Assembly (NCBI GenBank): GCA_021785355.1
Contig: JAJYFR010000004.1
Location: 7,184 to 71,183 of the forward strand
DNA length: 64,000 bases
DNA from: a bacterium
Lineage (GTDB): Bacteria; Patescibacteriota; Dojkabacteria; JAKAPS01; JAJZLI01
Reading direction: 5' to 3'
The position numbers were made by a program, and so were the translations under genes. Below, one piece after another: positions 30,439 through 41,054 of the stretch. A model generated the notes under the pieces. That model did no database searches. It was not told where the DNA came from and worked only from the letters and a program-made list of their open reading frames with translations. Within the stretch, counting starts at the first letter, position 1; the number at the start of each line of letters is the position of its first letter.

Positions 30439-30551
30439 CTTTTACATATATTATCATATATTCTTTTTTTTACAATTCTTGTGTATGATCCAACTCGAAT
30501 ATTTGAAGATATTATAGATATAATGTATAATAAATAATCTTTATAAATATT

Positions 30552-30734
30552 ATGAAAAGAACTTATCAGCCTAAAAAATTAAAAACTTTAAGAAAATTTG
30601 GATTTATGGAAAGATCTTCTTCTCATGGAGGAAGAAATGTCTTAAAAAGAAGACGTCTTAAGGGAAGAGTAAATCTTACAATTTCAGATATTTTTAGAAA
30701 AATAGGTAAGAAACCTAGAAATAAAGTAAGATAA
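30552..30734 (+). CDS. rpmH: 50S ribosomal protein bL34 with C-terminal extension
   Basis: MKRTYQP...GFMER...[13 protein letters not shown]; upstream of rnpA. Confidence 0.95.
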   Translation: MKRTYQPKKLKTLRKFGFMERSSSHGGRNVLKRRRLKGRVNLTISDIFRKIGKKPRNKVR

Positions 30735-31073
30735 ATGTTGCCTTCTAAATACAGACTTAGAAGTAATTATAATAAGATATATAAAGATAAGTCTAAAATT
30801 CATGATGAATATTTTATTCTTTTTTATAAAGAAAATTTATTAAATAATTCTAGATTTGGATTTGTCATAAGGAAGAGATTAGGAAAAGCACATCTGAGAA
30901 ATTTAGTAAAAAGAAGGTTTAGGTATATAGTTAACGAAAATTTAGGTATTATAAAAGAGGGTTATGATTTTATCTTTCTTATAAACCCTAATTTAAAGAA
31001 TTGGGAAGATATAACCTATTTAGATATAAAGAAACATGTTTTAAATACTTTAGAAAAGATAAATAATATATGA
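30735..31073 (+). CDS. rnpA: Ribonuclease P protein component
   Basis: MLPSKYRL, RFGFVIRKRLGKAHLRNLVKRR. Confidence 0.93.
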   Translation: MLPSKYRLRSNYNKIYKDKSKIHDEYFILFYKENLLNNSRFGFVIRKRLGKAHLRNLVKRRFRYIVNENLGIIKEGYDFIFLINPNLKNWEDITYLDIKKHVLNTLEKINNI

Positions 31074-31912
31074 ATATATTTTCTCAAATAGCATCCCCCC
31101 TTATTTTTATTTGGAATACAATCTTATTTAATCCTATTATAAATATATTTGTTTTCTTTTATAAAATTTCAGGTTCAAATTTAGGTTTAGCTATAATTAT
31201 AATTACAGTACTTTTAAGGTTACTACTGTGGCCTCTTTTAAAATCTCAACTACAGTCGTCTCGTAATATGCAAAAAATGCAACCTAAGCTTGCTAGTATA
31301 AACAAAAAATATGCAGGAGATGTTGTTAAATTAAGAGAAGAGCAGATGAAAATTTTTAAAGAAGAAGGTGTTAATCCTTTAGGGAGCTGTCTGTCTTTAT
31401 TGGTTCAATTACCTATTCTTTGGGGAGTATATGAAGCTATTATTGTTATGTCTAATCATACCGCAGCTTATCTTAATAAAATAATGTACTTTTCTTTTCT
31501 TAAATATCCCGCTTTATATCATTATAATTTAAGTTTTCTAAATATAAATATGGGAAAAGATGCAATGGAAATAGGTATTTTTTCGGTAGGAGCTTTAAGT
31601 TATATAATTTTATCTTTATTAGTAGCATTTTCTCAATATTTAGTATCTAAAGTTTCTTTACCTCAAACAACAAATGAAATTATAGAGGAGAAAACAGAAC
31701 TAGAACTTCAAAGTAAAGATAAAAAAGCATTAGATGTAGATCCTGCTCAATTCGGGAATATTATGTCTAAACAAATTCTTTATGTTATGCCTGTATTATT
31801 GCTTTTGATTTCTTTAGGTATATTAGGTCCTATTCCTGCAGCATTATCTTTATATTGGGCTGTACAGTCAATTGTTATATACTTACAAACAATTCTTTTT
31901 ATGAAGAAATAG
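31070..31912 (+). CDS. yidC: Membrane protein insertase YidC/Oxa1 (short type)
   Basis: GLAIIIITVLLR..LWP, MQKMQP, GVNPLGSCL, QLPIL, LSLYW. Confidence 0.93.
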   Translation: MNIFSQIASPLIFIWNTILFNPIINIFVFFYKISGSNLGLAIIIITVLLRLLLWPLLKSQLQSSRNMQKMQPKLASINKKYAGDVVKLREEQMKIFKEEGVNPLGSCLSLLVQLPILWGVYEAIIVMSNHTAAYLNKIMYFSFLKYPALYHYNLSFLNINMGKDAMEIGIFSVGALSYIILSLLVAFSQYLVSKVSLPQTTNEIIEEKTELELQSKDKKALDVDPAQFGNIMSKQILYVMPVLLLLISLGILGPIPAALSLYWAVQSIVIYLQTILFMKK

Positions 31913-32624
31913 TATTTTTTCTAAATAAGTTTATCCATTCTTCTAAATTTAGCTCATGAGCTCTTTTATCTTCATATCCTTCTATGTTATATAATTTTAA
32001 ATTATTTTTTAATTTTTTTCTGGGCTGAATATAACCTTTTTTTATAAAGTTTTCTAAATTAACATCTTCTTTATTAAAAGTTTTTATTTGTTTTATGTAT
32101 ATAATTTGAGATTGTACTTTTGGTGAAGGATAAAAATTTTTATTATCTATAACATCTCCCCTTTCTACAGAAGTAGAGTATATAGATACTGTATTAAAAA
32201 GTAGGTCACCTGGGGTTGTATACTTTTGAGCCACTTCTTTTTGCAGTATTACATATATGTTACTAGCTCTTATTTCATCTTTTAAAAATTTGGATATAAT
32301 ATTTTTTGATATATTATAAGGTAGAGCAGATACTATAGTAAATTTGTCAAAAGGAATATCTTTTAAATCTATAGATAATACATCTTTGTTGATGATATTA
32401 AGGTTATCGAATTTTTCTTTTAAAGAATAACTTAAAACAGGATCTTTTTCTATACATATAAGATTCTTTGTTTTTTTTAAAATTTCTTCTGTTATAAATC
32501 CTTTACCTGGGCCAATTTCTATTATATTCTCTTCTGGTTGAATATATTTTATAAGAGAATGTGCATATTTTTTATTTTTTAAAAAATTTTGACCTAATTT
32601 TTTTTGAGGAGTATTAAAATACAT
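31899..32624 (-). CDS. rsmA: 16S rRNA dimethyladenosine transferase
   Basis: KKLGQNFL, IEIGPGKG, LPYNIS, QKEVA, FYPSPKV. Confidence 0.93.
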   Translation of the reverse strand: MYFNTPQKKLGQNFLKNKKYAHSLIKYIQPEENIIEIGPGKGFITEEILKKTKNLICIEKDPVLSYSLKEKFDNLNIINKDVLSIDLKDIPFDKFTIVSALPYNISKNIISKFLKDEIRASNIYVILQKEVAQKYTTPGDLLFNTVSIYSTSVERGDVIDNKNFYPSPKVQSQIIYIKQIKTFNKEDVNLENFIKKGYIQPRKKLKNNLKLYNIEGYEDKRAHELNLEEWINLFRKNTISS

Positions 32625-32886
32625 TATTTGTTACTATCTGAGGAACATAACTTTGAGCGTTATATATATATTTTTTTTGAATAATACTTTTTATTTGTTG
32701 ATATTCTTGAGTATTAACATTTGTTATAGGCGTAATATTTGTATTTAATGTAGTATTTTCAGAAAAATAGGTGTCTATTATTATTATATTTATCATAAGA
32801 AATATAAGTATTAATAATAATTCTATAATTTCAATTATGTGTGTTTTTAGAAATGTATTATCTGTATGTGTTTTTGTTTTTTTCAT
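32614..32886 (-). CDS. Small TM-anchored pilus accessory protein (PilP position)
   Basis: Single TM; follows the pilO-like gene in the pil operon. Confidence 0.5.
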   Translation of the reverse strand: MKKTKTHTDNTFLKTHIIEIIELLLILIFLMINIIIIDTYFSENTTLNTNITPITNVNTQEYQQIKSIIQKKYIYNAQSYVPQIVTNNVF

Positions 32887-33440
32887 TATTGTATATACAA
32901 ATCTAAAGTTATGCCAGTATTAAGAACAGTTGTTCCTTTTTGAAGCGCAATATTAACTCCTGTAATATTTGTTGCATAATAAGAATTTTCTATCATTGTT
33001 AAAAATTCTAGTGTAGATTCAAAATTTCCAATTATAGATATATTTACAAGAAGAGTATTACTTGTTGTGCTAGAGGATGTAGGAGATACTATTTTTATAG
33101 CTTTTGATGTTACTGTTGCGTTACTGAAAACTATATTATTTCCGCTAAGTCCTGATAATTGTGCAATTTCATTTTCTTGTGCAACCCAGAGAGTAATAGA
33201 ATTTTGAGAAATAAGACTATTGTATAAGAAATTTATTTTAGAAGTATAATTATTTTTTTCAGATAATAGATTTTCTTCTTCTAAATTTTTTTGTTTTAAA
33301 CTCTGAAGTTGTCCATTAAGTGTAGTTTGTTGAGTTTGCACAGAAGAATACATTCCATATATAAAATAAAGCAGATATAAAACTACTATAGTAAATATTG
33401 TATATAAGATTATATTTTTATATTGTTTAATTTGTTGCAT
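32886..33440 (-). CDS. pilO: Type IV pilus alignment protein PilO-like
   Basis: TM plus coiled coil plus ISIIGNFESTLEFLTMIEN. Confidence 0.75.
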   Translation of the reverse strand: MQQIKQYKNIILYTIFTIVVLYLLYFIYGMYSSVQTQQTTLNGQLQSLKQKNLEEENLLSEKNNYTSKINFLYNSLISQNSITLWVAQENEIAQLSGLSGNNIVFSNATVTSKAIKIVSPTSSSTTSNTLLVNISIIGNFESTLEFLTMIENSYYATNITGVNIALQKGTTVLNTGITLDLYIQ

Positions 33441-35031
33441 TATAGTTAAATGTCATCTTAAATCCTGTATTAAAAGTATTTTGAAAATTAGAAATAGGCA
33501 TAATTACATTAGAAAAATCTTTAGTTCCTAATATATTATTTTCTAAAATTAATAATTCTTTGGAATTTTGAGCAAATCCTTGAAGATTTACTTGCCATTT
33601 TACAGAACTTCCCACCCCCGCATTAAGTATTTGTAATTGATTTAAAGTTATTCCAGGAGGAACTAAGTTTGCTATCTGAGTTATTACCTGAGACCATTTA
33701 TTTTGAGCGGTATATGTTTTTTTTAATGTTAATAAATTTGTATTAAGGTTAGTTATATCTTGCGTTAAACCTACATATTTAGGATTATTAACTTGAGATT
33801 GATATATGTGTATCTGTTTTTTTATTCCAGTTATTTCTATATTGTTTACAACTATAAGAAATATAAAAATTCCTATTATGAAAAGTATATTTATTAATAT
33901 TATTTTTAGAGAAGAAAAACTAAATTGTACTAAATATTTTAGAATTGATGATTTTTTTTGTTTTTGAGGCAGTAAGTTCATATAACTATACTTTTTTACT
34001 TTATTGACAAGCTCTATTCCTATTAGAGGAATATAAGCTGAAATTTGTTCGTGTTTTTCCCATTGAGGTATAGGATAAAGTCTGATATTTGATTTTGCTT
34101 TTTCTACAGGTATTTTAACTTCTTTTTCTATTTTTTCTAATACACCTTTTATAGAAGCTGTTTCTCCATATATATATATTTTTTTTATTTTGTCACTTCC
34201 ATAAAAATTTATAGCTTTTGAAAGTTCTTGAAATAATTGAGTAAAGAGTATGTCTATATGTTTTTTTAATTCTTCATCTTTAATATCTATTCCATTTTTT
34301 TGTAGGAAGGTTTGTATAGCTTCATCTTCTAACTTTTTATATTCTCCTATTGTTTTAGATATTTGGTTTAATCCAAAATAAAAAGAAGTTGAAAATTGTA
34401 TAGCATCCTTTTTATTAATAGATATGCTTGTAAGACTTTTTCCCATATCCAAAAGAAGATATTCTTCTTCTTGATCTTTTCCTAGAGTAATAGCTCTTAG
34501 GGAAGATTGTGCTCTATTTTCAAAAAGAAGAGGAGTAAGGTTAACAATTTTAAGAGTTTCAATAAAAGAATCTGCACTTTCTTTACTTACAGCTGTTACA
34601 ATTATTTCATAAGAGTCTTCATTTTCTGAAAGTATATTAAATGTCCAATAAATATCTTTTTCTTGCATTGGAATAAGACTTGTTATTTGGAATTCTATCG
34701 CTTTTTTAATTTTATTTTTCTCTACTTTAGGAAGACTAAAAATCTGGGAATATATTTGATCATCTGGCATTGTTACGACAACAAATCTAGTTTTTATTTT
34801 TTTTGGATTTTTAGCTTCTAGTAAAGTTTTAAGAGTTTCAGCAACAACATTAGGTTGTCTAATAACTCCTGCAATGAAAGTAGAAGCTGGCATTTCTGTT
34901 TCTGATATGTTTTTAAGCTGAAAAGAATCTTTTTTATTTTTTTCATACTCTAAAATTTTCACAGAACCTGGTGAAATATCAATAGAAAAAACATTTACTT
35001 TTTTAAGAATATTTTTTAAAAAATTATCCAT
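33427..35031 (-). CDS. pilM: PilM-PilN fusion (type IV pilus alignment complex)
   Basis: Actin-like PilM (SIDISPGSVKILE, LDMGKSLT, YIYGE), then MNLLP + TM + PilN-like VPPGITLNQL...LQGFA. Confidence 0.85.
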   Translation of the reverse strand: MDNFLKNILKKVNVFSIDISPGSVKILEYEKNKKDSFQLKNISETEMPASTFIAGVIRQPNVVAETLKTLLEAKNPKKIKTRFVVVTMPDDQIYSQIFSLPKVEKNKIKKAIEFQITSLIPMQEKDIYWTFNILSENEDSYEIIVTAVSKESADSFIETLKIVNLTPLLFENRAQSSLRAITLGKDQEEEYLLLDMGKSLTSISINKKDAIQFSTSFYFGLNQISKTIGEYKKLEDEAIQTFLQKNGIDIKDEELKKHIDILFTQLFQELSKAINFYGSDKIKKIYIYGETASIKGVLEKIEKEVKIPVEKAKSNIRLYPIPQWEKHEQISAYIPLIGIELVNKVKKYSYMNLLPQKQKKSSILKYLVQFSFSSLKIILINILFIIGIFIFLIVVNNIEITGIKKQIHIYQSQVNNPKYVGLTQDITNLNTNLLTLKKTYTAQNKWSQVITQIANLVPPGITLNQLQILNAGVGSSVKWQVNLQGFAQNSKELLILENNILGTKDFSNVIMPISNFQNTFNTGFKMTFNYNATN

Positions 35032-35059
35032 ATTTAATATCTTACATTATTTTTTGAGT

Positions 35060-36484
35060 TTAGTTAATCTCATTCCAAGAAATAACTGTAGTTGTACCTA
35101 AAACGAAATTAAAACCAGTAGTTTCATTTATTATATTGCTATTAAGAGTAATTTGAGTAGAGGAAGGCGAATTAGAGTCATAAACTGAATTATTTATGAA
35201 AATATTACCTCCAGCCCATAATGCTCCGCTAACATTTGTTGTTCCATCTCCGCTATCATCTGTGTCATTGTTTATATAAATATTCCCAGGAGAATAAATA
35301 ATTCCAGTAACATTTAGATTTAGATTTCCTCCACTTCCTATATATATGCCTTGATTTCCTGCTATAAGAGGTGGAAGATATTCATTCGCAGAAGGTGAGT
35401 AGGGTGATGTATCTATAAAACTTGCGTTAGTTTGAAATTTATTTTTTACAATTATAGAAGAATTTGTAAAATTGTAAGTAATTGTATTTCCTGCTGAATC
35501 TGTAGTAGGTAAATTTAAATTTGAGTCTATATAATAAACTCCAGCAGGAGGGGATATAGTATCTGTTTGAGTTGTAGTGTTTATGCTTTCATGATTAAAT
35601 AGAAAAGATACAAAAGAAGGTGAACTTGTATAATATGTATTGTTAGTTTGGGCTGTATTTTCCCAAGAACTCATATTAAATACAGGAAGATTAATTTGAG
35701 CAGGAGGAGATAGATTTACTTGAGATCCTATTGTAGAGTTTGTAATAATACAAGAATTAAATCCCCAAAATGAATTCTGACAACTTAATTCTCCTGGTAA
35801 ATCTGAGTTTACAATAATTCCTGTTATAAAATTAGACTGTAAGTTTATAATAGAGGATGTAGGTGTGTTGTTTACTTGGTAAAAATAATCTCCGAATCCT
35901 CCTCCTATTCCCACAGAATTTATATTATTTGAATTAAAATTTGCATCATAGAATTGTAATTCATTATTAGATTGTATATCTCCGTTAACTTGAAAGAAGC
36001 CTCCCATAATAGTATCGTTTGCAAATAATGAATAATTTAATATAGGAGGATTTTGACCTAATTGCGCAACTACCTGTATTGTTCTTTTGACTAATATTTG
36101 TGAATTTTGAGGAGATAAACCTTCTGCTGTTGATACTATTGTTGCTTGTACAGGATTAGTAGAAGTATTGTATGTTACAGTTACAGTATCGGTGCCGTTA
36201 ATAGTTGTATTTATTGGAGATGAGAATGTTCCTCCTGTATAACTTTGTCCTTGTTCTCCAATCTGGAGAAGTGCATTTTCTAATCCAGATTCAGAGAGCG
36301 CTTTTATTTGAGATTCTAATATATCGTTTTGAGAAAGAGAGTATTCACTTGTTGCTATTGAAAGAATAGTAGTAACTACAGTGAGTAGAATAGCTGTTAC
36401 TACTATTACTGCTATGAGTAGCGCTTGTCCTTTATTGTCTTCTTTGAGTTGCTGTAGTTTCATATGTTTTTGTTGTACTAACAC
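35060..36484 (-). CDS. PilX-like minor pilin with large beta-rich C-terminal domain
   Basis: KG|QALLIAVIVV, ALSESGLE, terminal VISWNE; true start probably ~36463. Confidence 0.75.
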   Translation of the reverse strand: MLVQQKHMKLQQLKEDNKGQALLIAVIVVTAILLTVVTTILSIATSEYSLSQNDILESQIKALSESGLENALLQIGEQGQSYTGGTFSSPINTTINGTDTVTVTYNTSTNPVQATIVSTAEGLSPQNSQILVKRTIQVVAQLGQNPPILNYSLFANDTIMGGFFQVNGDIQSNNELQFYDANFNSNNINSVGIGGGFGDYFYQVNNTPTSSIINLQSNFITGIIVNSDLPGELSCQNSFWGFNSCIITNSTIGSQVNLSPPAQINLPVFNMSSWENTAQTNNTYYTSSPSFVSFLFNHESINTTTQTDTISPPAGVYYIDSNLNLPTTDSAGNTITYNFTNSSIIVKNKFQTNASFIDTSPYSPSANEYLPPLIAGNQGIYIGSGGNLNLNVTGIIYSPGNIYINNDTDDSGDGTTNVSGALWAGGNIFINNSVYDSNSPSSTQITLNSNIINETTGFNFVLGTTTVISWNEIN

Positions 36485-36926
36485 CTGTTAATCCAAAATT
36501 TTTCTCAGTAATACTAATAAATATAGTAGGAGAGAGTCCTGTATTCGCCTCTTCTGTAAAAGTTAAAGAATATGTATATACATTAGATGAAGATATTTGA
36601 GAAGGAGAATTGTCATTATATTGAGAATATATATTACCATTTTGAGAAAAAAAAGATATAGTGTCTCCTGAAGAATCAGTTTGTATTGTGAGTTTAGTTG
36701 AAGTTGGAGAAGAGGGATTAGGGGATACTACCTCATATGCACTTTCAATGTTTTGAGTTATTTCTTTCATACTTATTCTTATAGTATCATTTGCGTTTGC
36801 AATAGTAGAAACTTTATTCTCAGTTAGTATCATGTCTACAATAATTACAGTAATTGTAAGAATTACAACTCCTGATATGAGTACATAAAGTAATGTTTCT
36901 ATTAAAGTTTGCCCTTTATTATTCAT
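36432..36926 (-). CDS. Minor pilin (PilW/GspJ-like)
   Basis: KG|QTLIETLLYV prepilin motif. Confidence 0.8.
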   Translation of the reverse strand: MNNKGQTLIETLLYVLISGVVILTITVIIVDMILTENKVSTIANANDTIRISMKEITQNIESAYEVVSPNPSSPTSTKLTIQTDSSGDTISFFSQNGNIYSQYNDNSPSQISSSNVYTYSLTFTEEANTGLSPTIFISITEKNFGLTGVSTTKTYETTATQRRQ

Positions 36927-36927
36927 T

Positions 36928-37416
36928 TTAATATGCTTGCCAATTAGTTAAATATTCACTTTCGCTATACGAGAAATTTTCTCCATATGATATAAAAGAT
37001 ACATTTGCGGTAACTTCAACTGAATTTGTAGATATTGTACCTGAAGTTGCATATGAATTCTGAGAAGATCTATATGCATTATCTATGTTAATAGAAATAG
37101 TATATTCATTATATACCTCTGTTCCAGGTACAAGTTCCCATCCTTGAAGTGTATGGGGAGGGGAATTTGTTGAATTGTATTTAAGGTAATATGTTCCTGT
37201 CTGAAGATCTGAGAAAGATTGGTTTTGAAGGGCATATAAACTCTCTAATTGTTGTTGTAATAAGTATTTAGCTTCAAGTTTTTGTTTTGATATTTCTATA
37301 GTTTTTAAAATATCTTGAGTAGCAATTAATGATGATCCAAAAATTATACCAATTATAGTTAGTGAGAGTAGAAGCTCTATAAATGCTTGTCCTTTTTTAT
37401 TAGTAAACAGCTCCAT
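36928..37416 (-). CDS. Minor pilin (PilV-like)
   Basis: KG|QAFIELLLSL motif, C-terminal YLTNW. Confidence 0.8.
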   Translation of the reverse strand: MELFTNKKGQAFIELLLSLTIIGIIFGSSLIATQDILKTIEISKQKLEAKYLLQQQLESLYALQNQSFSDLQTGTYYLKYNSTNSPPHTLQGWELVPGTEVYNEYTISINIDNAYRSSQNSYATSGTISTNSVEVTANVSFISYGENFSYSESEYLTNWQAY

Positions 37417-37867
37417 TATTATTAATGTTTAAATTTATAGAATAAAAATTTCCTCCAAGTGTAAAAGAAATTCCATTATTTGTAAGTTGTCCTGTTACGT
37501 TATTGAAAATTATAGGATTATTGTCTGTAGGAGAAAGGTTGCTAATACTTACACCTGGGGGTAGAGTATATGAATTATTTAGTGAATTTGTAGAGGAGTA
37601 AGTATTTCCTGGAAATTCAGTAACCTGATTATTTTGAAAATATACTCCATATTGAGAATAATTATCAAGATTATTAATTGCATTATCTTGAGCTTGTTTT
37701 ATTAAAGAGTATATTGTTTGGTTAGCAGAATTAACATTAGAACGATTAAGAAATGATATATAAGATATAGAGACCATGGATACTATTGTAAGGAGGATTG
37801 CCATAGTTATTAATATTTCAATTAGGGTAAAACCTTTATTTTTAAACATATTATTTAGATCCTGCAA
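37400..37867 (-). CDS. Minor pilin (FimT/GspH-like)
   Basis: KG|FTLIEILITM, AQDNA, YGVYF, IIFNNVTG. Confidence 0.8.
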   Translation of the reverse strand: MQDLNNMFKNKGFTLIEILITMAILLTIVSMVSISYISFLNRSNVNSANQTIYSLIKQAQDNAINNLDNYSQYGVYFQNNQVTEFPGNTYSSTNSLNNSYTLPPGVSISNLSPTDNNPIIFNNVTGQLTNNGISFTLGGNFYSINLNINNNGAVY

Positions 37868-39086
37868 CTGAAGTTCCTGGTGTTGTTCCTATACTACCTG
37901 TCATTTGGTATATTGGAGCAATAACTGAAAGTGCAATTAACAAAACTCCACCTCCCATAACAAATAACATCAAAGGCTCTATAATTACAGATAAGTTAGC
38001 AAGAGTATCATCAATTTGGTTTTGATAAAATTCAGAAACAGAAAGTAACATCTCTGAAGTATTTCCTGTTTTATCTCCTACTGCTATCATTCTTGTGGCA
38101 AGAGATGGAAAGAATTTTGGATATTTTTCTAAAGTTAAAGACATTATTTCCCCTCTTTCTACACTAGTAGAGAGTTCATCTATTATTCTTTTATATGCTT
38201 CATTTGAAACAGTATCTTTAACAATTAAGATTCCTTGATTAATGGGTATTCCACTTTTTAGTAAGTTACCTAAAGTTCTAGTGAAGTTAGTTACATTTAT
38301 CTTTTTTATTATATCTCCTGCAATAGGAATTTTTACAGATAATATATTCCATAAGTATTTTGCTTGAGGTAATTTCAATAAAAATTTCATAATAAAAACA
38401 AAAATTATTAGAACTATCAAAACTTCTATTCCATAATTAGTAAGCAAATTAGAAAGACCTAGCATTATTTGTGTAGGTAAAGGTAGAGTTTGTCCTGATC
38501 CTTTAAACATAGATTGTAATTGAGGAAATACAAAAACTATTAACCCTACACCTACAATTAACATTATAGATACAATTATAGCTGGATACATAAGAGCTCC
38601 TACAACTTTTTTCCTTAAAAGATAGCTTTTTTCAATTTGGTCTTTTATAAGTTGTGTATTTTCTGTTAAAGTTCCACTAGTTTCTCCTATTTCTATCATT
38701 TTAGAGATAAGAGGTGTGAATATTTTAGGATATTTACGCATAGAATCAGACAGTTTATTTCCTGATTCTACGTTAAATCTTAAATCTTCTATTATTTTTT
38801 TAAATACAGGTGTTTGAGCATCCTGCACTAGAGACTCTAATGTTTCTGATAGGGACAATCCTGCATTGATCATTTTTCCCATATGATCAAAAAATAATAG
38901 TTTTTCTACTAACTTAACTTTTCCTTTGGATAAATTTTTAGAGCTTTCTTTTCCCTCTTCTAAAGATATAATACTTAAGTTTTGAGATTTTATAATCTCG
39001 ATAGCTTCGTCTCTGCTATTTGAGCTTATCGACCCCTTTTCTATATCTCCAGAATTATTAGTAGCTTCATATTTAAATTCTGCCAT
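37851..39086 (-). CDS. pilC: Type IV pilus platform protein PilC/GspF
   Basis: FKYEA, INAGL, GETSGTL, ALMYP, LKSGIP, IIEP. Confidence 0.93.
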   Translation of the reverse strand: MAEFKYEATNNSGDIEKGSISSNSRDEAIEIIKSQNLSIISLEEGKESSKNLSKGKVKLVEKLLFFDHMGKMINAGLSLSETLESLVQDAQTPVFKKIIEDLRFNVESGNKLSDSMRKYPKIFTPLISKMIEIGETSGTLTENTQLIKDQIEKSYLLRKKVVGALMYPAIIVSIMLIVGVGLIVFVFPQLQSMFKGSGQTLPLPTQIMLGLSNLLTNYGIEVLIVLIIFVFIMKFLLKLPQAKYLWNILSVKIPIAGDIIKKINVTNFTRTLGNLLKSGIPINQGILIVKDTVSNEAYKRIIDELSTSVERGEIMSLTLEKYPKFFPSLATRMIAVGDKTGNTSEMLLSVSEFYQNQIDDTLANLSVIIEPLMLFVMGGGVLLIALSVIAPIYQMTGSIGTTPGTSVAGSK

Positions 39087-39139
39087 ATATAAAATATATA
39101 GATTTTAAAAAGTAAAATCAAGTATGATATAATATATTT

Positions 39140-39748
39140 ATGGGAGAAGAAATTAAATATACAGACACTCCTCTATTAGAGCGGAGAATATTAGAATTAG
39201 AATCTCAAAACTCAAAGTTATCAGAAGAGAACGAATTTTTAAAATCCTACAATGAAAGTCTGACTTCTCGTCTTGAAAGAGAAATACGAAATAATCATAT
39301 AGATACTTTAACTGGTTTGTACAATAGGTGTTTTCTAGAGTCTCAAAAGGAAAGATTAAATATTCTTTCTTTTGGAGGAATTCTTTATGGAGTAGTATTT
39401 TTGGACATTAATGGTTTAAAAGAGATAAATGATACTAAAGGGCATAAAGAAGGAGATATTTTAATTAAGAAAATAGCACAATGTTTAGAAGAAACTGTAA
39501 GTTCAAGAGACTTCATCATAAGACTTGGTGGAGATGAATTTTTAGTTATTGTTAATGATTTTCCTCCTAGGTCAAATGAAGTAGAAAAAGATGTGGTTAT
39601 AGATAGAATAAAGGAAGGTATGGAAAGTAGAAATTTAGATATATCTTTAGGTTTTGCAATATCCAGTGAAGGTGATAGTATAGATACTATAATAGATCTT
39701 GCAGATTTAAGGATGTATGAGGATAAAAGAAAAATCAAAAAAAGATAA
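39140..39748 (+). CDS. Diguanylate cyclase (coiled coil + GGDEF)
   Basis: DTLTGLYNR, DINGLKEINDTKGHKEGD, RLGGDEF, ADLRMYEDK. Confidence 0.93.
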   Translation: MGEEIKYTDTPLLERRILELESQNSKLSEENEFLKSYNESLTSRLEREIRNNHIDTLTGLYNRCFLESQKERLNILSFGGILYGVVFLDINGLKEINDTKGHKEGDILIKKIAQCLEETVSSRDFIIRLGGDEFLVIVNDFPPRSNEVEKDVVIDRIKEGMESRNLDISLGFAISSEGDSIDTIIDLADLRMYEDKRKIKKR

Positions 39749-40964
39749 AAACATATTAATTATAGGTTCAGGTTTTGCAGGAATATCCTTTTATAAAGAA
39801 TTTCATAAATTAATACATGAAAGAAGTGATATAAAAATCACAATTTTATCAGAAAATAATTATTTTTTATTTACACCCCTTCTGCATGAAGTTGCAACTG
39901 GAAATTTATTACCAGAAGACATAATAACACCCATAAGGGAAAATTTTTTTTGCTGTACTAGAGAGATTATAATAGATAAGGCTCTTTATATAGACGTTTT
40001 AAAAAAACAAGTGAAATTAAAAAAAACATCTGTAGATTATGATTACCTTGTAATAGCGACTGGGGCGAGCACTAATTTTTTTAATATTAAAGGTGTTAAG
40101 GAATATGCTTATCCTCTCAAGGATATACATGATAGTATAAGGCTAAAGAATGGAATTGTTTCTTTGTTTGAAAAAGCTGAAATGGAGAAATGGAAGAAGA
40201 TAGATGTAGTTTTAGTAGGAGGTGGGGCTACAGGAATAGAATTGTCTGTTGAAATCTCTGAATTTATAGAACAGTTAAAGCCATATTATAAAAATTTAAG
40301 AGAAGAAGATGTAGAATTAAGAGTCAAAATTTTGAATGCCTCTGAAAATTTTATTCCAGATTTTCCTCAAAAGGTAAGAAAGAAGGTACTTTCTTTTTTT
40401 TCAAATATAAATAGTAAAGTCTCTATAGTTTTAAATTCAAGGGTAAAGGTAGTAGAGGAGAATAAAGTGATTTTAGATAACAGAAAGGCAGTTAATTATG
40501 ATTTTTTAGTATGGTCCGCAGGAGTGAAGCCTATTATTCCTTCTAATAATTTAGGAATAGATGTACTGAAAAGAATACCTGTAAATCAATTTTTGCAAAC
40601 AGAATCAGAAAATGTTTTTGCAATCGGAGATGTAGCTGCTGTAAAAAATTTAGAAGGAGGACTTTATCCTCAGTTAGCGCAAATTGCAGAAGAAGAAGCC
40701 AAAATATGCGCATTAAATATATATAATGATATAAATCATAAACCTAAAAAACCTTTTTTATATAATTTAGATAGTTTGCTCCTCTCTTTAGGTCACAATA
40801 ATGCAATTGTTTATTTTAAAGGAATTCTTATTACAGGAAAATCTGCGTGGATACTTTGGAAATTTATATATCTAGTTTTGATGTTTAATGGTAGGTCAAA
40901 GGTTATGACAGCCTTTAATTGGATTTCTGATCAATTTTCCCCAAGAGATATATCCAAAATATAA
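39717..40964 (+). CDS. ndh: Type II NADH dehydrogenase-like FAD/NAD oxidoreductase
   Basis: IIGSGFAG, FTPLLHEVATG, YDYLVIATG, VGGGATGIE, FAIGD, PQLAQIA. Confidence 0.88.
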   Translation: MRIKEKSKKDKNILIIGSGFAGISFYKEFHKLIHERSDIKITILSENNYFLFTPLLHEVATGNLLPEDIITPIRENFFCCTREIIIDKALYIDVLKKQVKLKKTSVDYDYLVIATGASTNFFNIKGVKEYAYPLKDIHDSIRLKNGIVSLFEKAEMEKWKKIDVVLVGGGATGIELSVEISEFIEQLKPYYKNLREEDVELRVKILNASENFIPDFPQKVRKKVLSFFSNINSKVSIVLNSRVKVVEENKVILDNRKAVNYDFLVWSAGVKPIIPSNNLGIDVLKRIPVNQFLQTESENVFAIGDVAAVKNLEGGLYPQLAQIAEEEAKICALNIYNDINHKPKKPFLYNLDSLLLSLGHNNAIVYFKGILITGKSAWILWKFIYLVLMFNGRSKVMTAFNWISDQFSPRDISKI

Positions 40965-41054
40965 TACTTGAGTGTGTTAAATTGTAATTATAATTTAATA
41001 TTGAAGTAGTATAATTTGTTTGCAATATATTACTATTTGTAGTATATAATATGT

